A DNA stretch of 62,991 bases, filler included, from Nemertoderma westbladi (lineage: Eukaryota; Animalia; Xenacoelomorpha): the NCBI GenBank assembly GCA_032718475.1. It is 3 parts of 3 records of this genome, joined end to end, with 100 filler letters (N's around TTAATTAATTAA, not from the genome) between each part and the next. Parts side by side here need not be neighbours in the genome. Positions count along the whole stretch, not along the records: positions 40,734 to 62,991 come from JAUCBJ010005366.1; 2 more parts are not named here. One strand, 5' to 3'. Position 1 is the stretch's first letter, and every line of letters begins with the position of its first letter. The notes under the pieces are model-generated. The model had not been told where the DNA came from and did not search any database. It saw only the letters and a program-made list of their open reading frames with translations. Positions 60,002-62,991 of this stretch are shown piece by piece. Both the position numbers and the translations under genes were made by a program.

Positions 60002-62857
60002 CTAAATTAACAGATTTTCGGAATTGCACATTTCAAAAATTCTAGAACTATGCAACGCGGTGTAACGATATACAGCATTTACAATATAATTACTGGAACA
60101 TTTTATCCTACGAAATAAACTTTGAATTGATTTGTAACGTAAATGAATGAAGCACGAAATATTGTTGCAACCAAAGAAATATGACATACTAGAACCTACA
60201 GAGATGAAAAATAGCTTTCTTGCTGCATTATTGTATGCTACCCTTAACCGATTATAGACAACAGATGAATAGTTCCTACGTGACCATAGAGCATTACAAT
60301 ATAGTGGAGTTATAAACGCTAGAAATAAACGAACTTTCACTGCAACGGTACAGGTACTGAATTTTCTAAACAACGTATTTGTACGGGCGTACATACTACC
60401 TATTTGTTTCTTTATGTCAAGATCATCATCACGTGATTCGTGTATTATATGACCCAAATATGTAAATTTATCAGTTCTAGAAATAACACGCTGGTATAAA
60501 TATATTGGAGCTATTGTACTTAAGTTACAAGATTTCGGGCACAAAAACATTACCTTAGTCTTCTTTAAATTAAACAATATAGAATGTGAAATGGCATAAT
60601 CCTGACACACATTAACTAACTTTTGTAAACCTATAAGTGAATTTGACATTAAACCAATGTCGTCTGCATACATTGTATGATTAATCCTTTGACCATTAAT
60701 TGAACAACCTACATTAGCCATTATAAGTTTACGGGATAAGTCGTCCATGTAAACATTAAATAAATAACCAGATAATATTCCGCCTTGCTTCACGCCATTA
60801 AACACTGCAAACGTTCTGGAATATGTAGCACCCCAGCGCACTTGTAATGTTTGATGTCGGTACCAAAAGGCTAAAATACGCACCAAATAGAGTGGTACAT
60901 TCCTATTTATTAATTTCTGAAAAAGTTTATCGTGATCTATTCTGTCAAATGCTTTAGATGCATCCAAGAAACAAATATACATAGGAGTATCATTATCTAA
61001 GTAATAATCAATAACCTCTTTCAGAGTATATACACAAAGCTCGGTACCGCTATTTGCCTTATATGAGAATTGGTGATCGCTACAAATTAAGAAAGACTGC
61101 ATTCTAGATAATAAAATACGTTCAAATATCTTACTTATTGCTGTTGAAATAGCAACGGGCCGATAGTTTGATTTCTCATCTATAGCACCGTTTTTATCTT
61201 TAATGATTGGTACAATAATACTATGAATAATGGAACTTGGTAAATAACCATGTACCATACAAGAACTGAAAAATAAAGCTAATAAAATATTTAGCCTACT
61301 ACTATTACTGTAAATGAAATGTTCCCCAGACACATTATCTGGTCCTATCGCTTTACCTAATTTTAAATTAGCTATTGCACATCCGACTTCTGCTGCACTT
61401 ATATTCATATCAGTTGTGTACATTACTTTATTTAGTTGTTCGTTTATGCTACTGCCAACACAAAACTCAGTTATTCCATTAGTTTTATTACAATTAAACA
61501 ATGTTTCAAAATCGTTTGCAAAATTACTACAAATATCTCGTTCACCGGTCGCACCACTAACAACATTGGGTAAGGGTATTTTGCACGAAATATCTTTCTT
61601 CACGGATTTCCAAAATGAATTAAAGTCCTTAGAAAAGTTTGATTGTGCTAATTTATCGACCCGTTTTTGATTTTCGGATCGTTTACATTGTCTAAAAATA
61701 CGTTTAAAATTTGCTCTGGCGGAAAGGTAGTCATGGTGAAGACTACCCTGCCGAGGACAGCCGGCATCTTTCCACTGTATAAAAGTATCCCGAGATTCCT
61801 CATAGAGCGCTTTAACATGATCATTCCAACCAGGAACGTTGTACCTATTTTTTGAATTCATGTTAATATTATTACTCGGTATGGACGTTGATGCACTTTC
61901 TACTAAAGCACCTACTATACGGTCCCACAAACTACTAAGATTGTTCACATGTGATTCATCATTACAGTTTATGGAGGTACATGTGAAGGCCACAGGTATT
62001 TCTATATTATTCAATGAATCATTAAGTTTTCTACGGTAATTATCGAGTTGCACCGGCCGAGCTGCAGTCCAAATATACTTAGTAGGATTTGTAATCATAG
62101 TATCGCTTTTATCCGTAGTATTTACCGTAGCGTTAACATTAATATCAATAGTAAATGTTAAAGGTATATGATCAATGGTAGCTAGATCATAAATAACATC
62201 GACATCCTTAATTAAAGAGTCGGACGTGGTGGTGCTGACAATATGGTCTAACCAAGAGGTGGTACTAAATGCTGCACTCACAAATGTAAACGTGTGTGGT
62301 GGTAATCGTTTTACATCGGACAAAATAATTCCGCAATTAGCGCACCAATCAGATAACTCTCTATAAAATAATTTTTGGGGCGAGGCATTAAAATCACCGA
62401 CTATACAGCATTTCACAGTTGGGGCATTATCAATTATTGATTGTATGCGTCCTAGGTACTCTAAGTACAAATCCAAATTGTCAGATGATTCGAAAGGTAA
62501 ATATACATTCAATATTAAAATTTTTGATTTATCCGATAGGTTTACATAAAATCCCATTATTCGTTCATCCGCTATATTTAAATACTCAATAGAAGAGGAA
62601 ATTTCTTCCCTTACCATAACCGCCAGACCTCCATGTGGACGGCCGCGCAATAATCCATCGGATAAATCTACTGGAGATTCGCCTCGACAGATAAACTTGT
62701 CATCTATTTTCGAGAGGAAACTTAATTCCTGTTTCGGAAGTAGATGCTCTTGTAACAAAACAATATCCGAAATATCACACAACTTCCTAACAGTAGAAAT
62801 CGATTTAGGGGTACGTATAGAGTTACAGTTATATGTTGTTATTCTTATTGGATCCAT
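60002..62857 (-). CDS. Intact ORF2 (APE endonuclease + RT) of an RTEX-like non-LTR retrotransposon; 3' UTR extends to about 59826
   Basis: TYNCNS, LLQEH, VGDFNA, WLDH, NYRP, FLDASKAFD, GVKQGGILS, MYADD, YARTN, RVAYNN; 951 aa without stops; A-rich tail. Confidence 0.92.
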   Translation of the reverse strand: MDPIRITTYNCNSIRTPKSISTVRKLCDISDIVLLQEHLLPKQELSFLSKIDDKFICRGESPVDLSDGLLRGRPHGGLAVMVREEISSSIEYLNIADERIMGFYVNLSDKSKILILNVYLPFESSDNLDLYLEYLGRIQSIIDNAPTVKCCIVGDFNASPQKLFYRELSDWCANCGIILSDVKRLPPHTFTFVSAAFSTTSWLDHIVSTTTSDSLIKDVDVIYDLATIDHIPLTFTIDINVNATVNTTDKSDTMITNPTKYIWTAARPVQLDNYRRKLNDSLNNIEIPVAFTCTSINCNDESHVNNLSSLWDRIVGALVESASTSIPSNNINMNSKNRYNVPGWNDHVKALYEESRDTFIQWKDAGCPRQGSLHHDYLSARANFKRIFRQCKRSENQKRVDKLAQSNFSKDFNSFWKSVKKDISCKIPLPNVVSGATGERDICSNFANDFETLFNCNKTNGITEFCVGSSINEQLNKVMYTTDMNISAAEVGCAIANLKLGKAIGPDNVSGEHFIYSNSSRLNILLALFFSSCMVHGYLPSSIIHSIIVPIIKDKNGAIDEKSNYRPVAISTAISKIFERILLSRMQSFLICSDHQFSYKANSGTELCVYTLKEVIDYYLDNDTPMYICFLDASKAFDRIDHDKLFQKLINRNVPLYLVRILAFWYRHQTLQVRWGATYSRTFAVFNGVKQGGILSGYLFNVYMDDLSRKLIMANVGCSINGQRINHTMYADDIGLMSNSLIGLQKLVNVCQDYAISHSILFNLKKTKVMFLCPKSCNLSTIAPIYLYQRVISRTDKFTYLGHIIHESRDDDLDIKKQIGSMYARTNTLFRKFSTCTVAVKVRLFLAFITPLYCNALWSRRNYSSVVYNRLRVAYNNAARKLFFISVGSSMSYFFGCNNISCFIHLRYKSIQSLFRRIKCSSNYIVNAVYRYTALHSSRIFEMCNSENLLI

Positions 62858-62991
62858 TGTGAATTAATAAGGTATAGGCCGAAATTTGAAATATATGAAA
62901 ATTAACGAAAATAAACAAGTACAAAAATATACAAAATATACAATGATATATAAAAGGTGGTATATACGTGAATGAATTAAGCGAATCAAAT

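Overview
AT-rich, repeat-dominated eukaryotic (invertebrate animal-like) genomic DNA with two 100-bp assembly gaps. Host genes are sparse: an intronless AIP-like gene (10628-11614), one internal exon of an ABCC/MRP transporter (24303-24732), a divergent intronless Arf GTPase (56514-57044) and a frameshifted orphan Cys-rich ORF pair (29518-30595). The rest is a nest of transposons and tandem repeats. These include a dead BEL/Pao LTR element that hosts a CR1/L2-type LINE and a Penelope-like hairpin insert, several RTE fragments, an intact RTEX-like ORF2, a CRE-like fragment, a pogo-type transposon, hAT- and MULE-like MITEs, Helentron-like elements, two tRNA-derived SINEs and five minisatellites. 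The most striking unexplained signal is a family of three diverged LTR-like elements (19133-19950, 32453-33615, 39059-40323). Their 3' ~500 nt share a 34-nt invariant block and several helices with compensatory changes, which points to a conserved structured RNA on the + strand, partly reminiscent of a group I ribozyme core. All calls come from reading the sequence by eye; no searches or folding programs were run.
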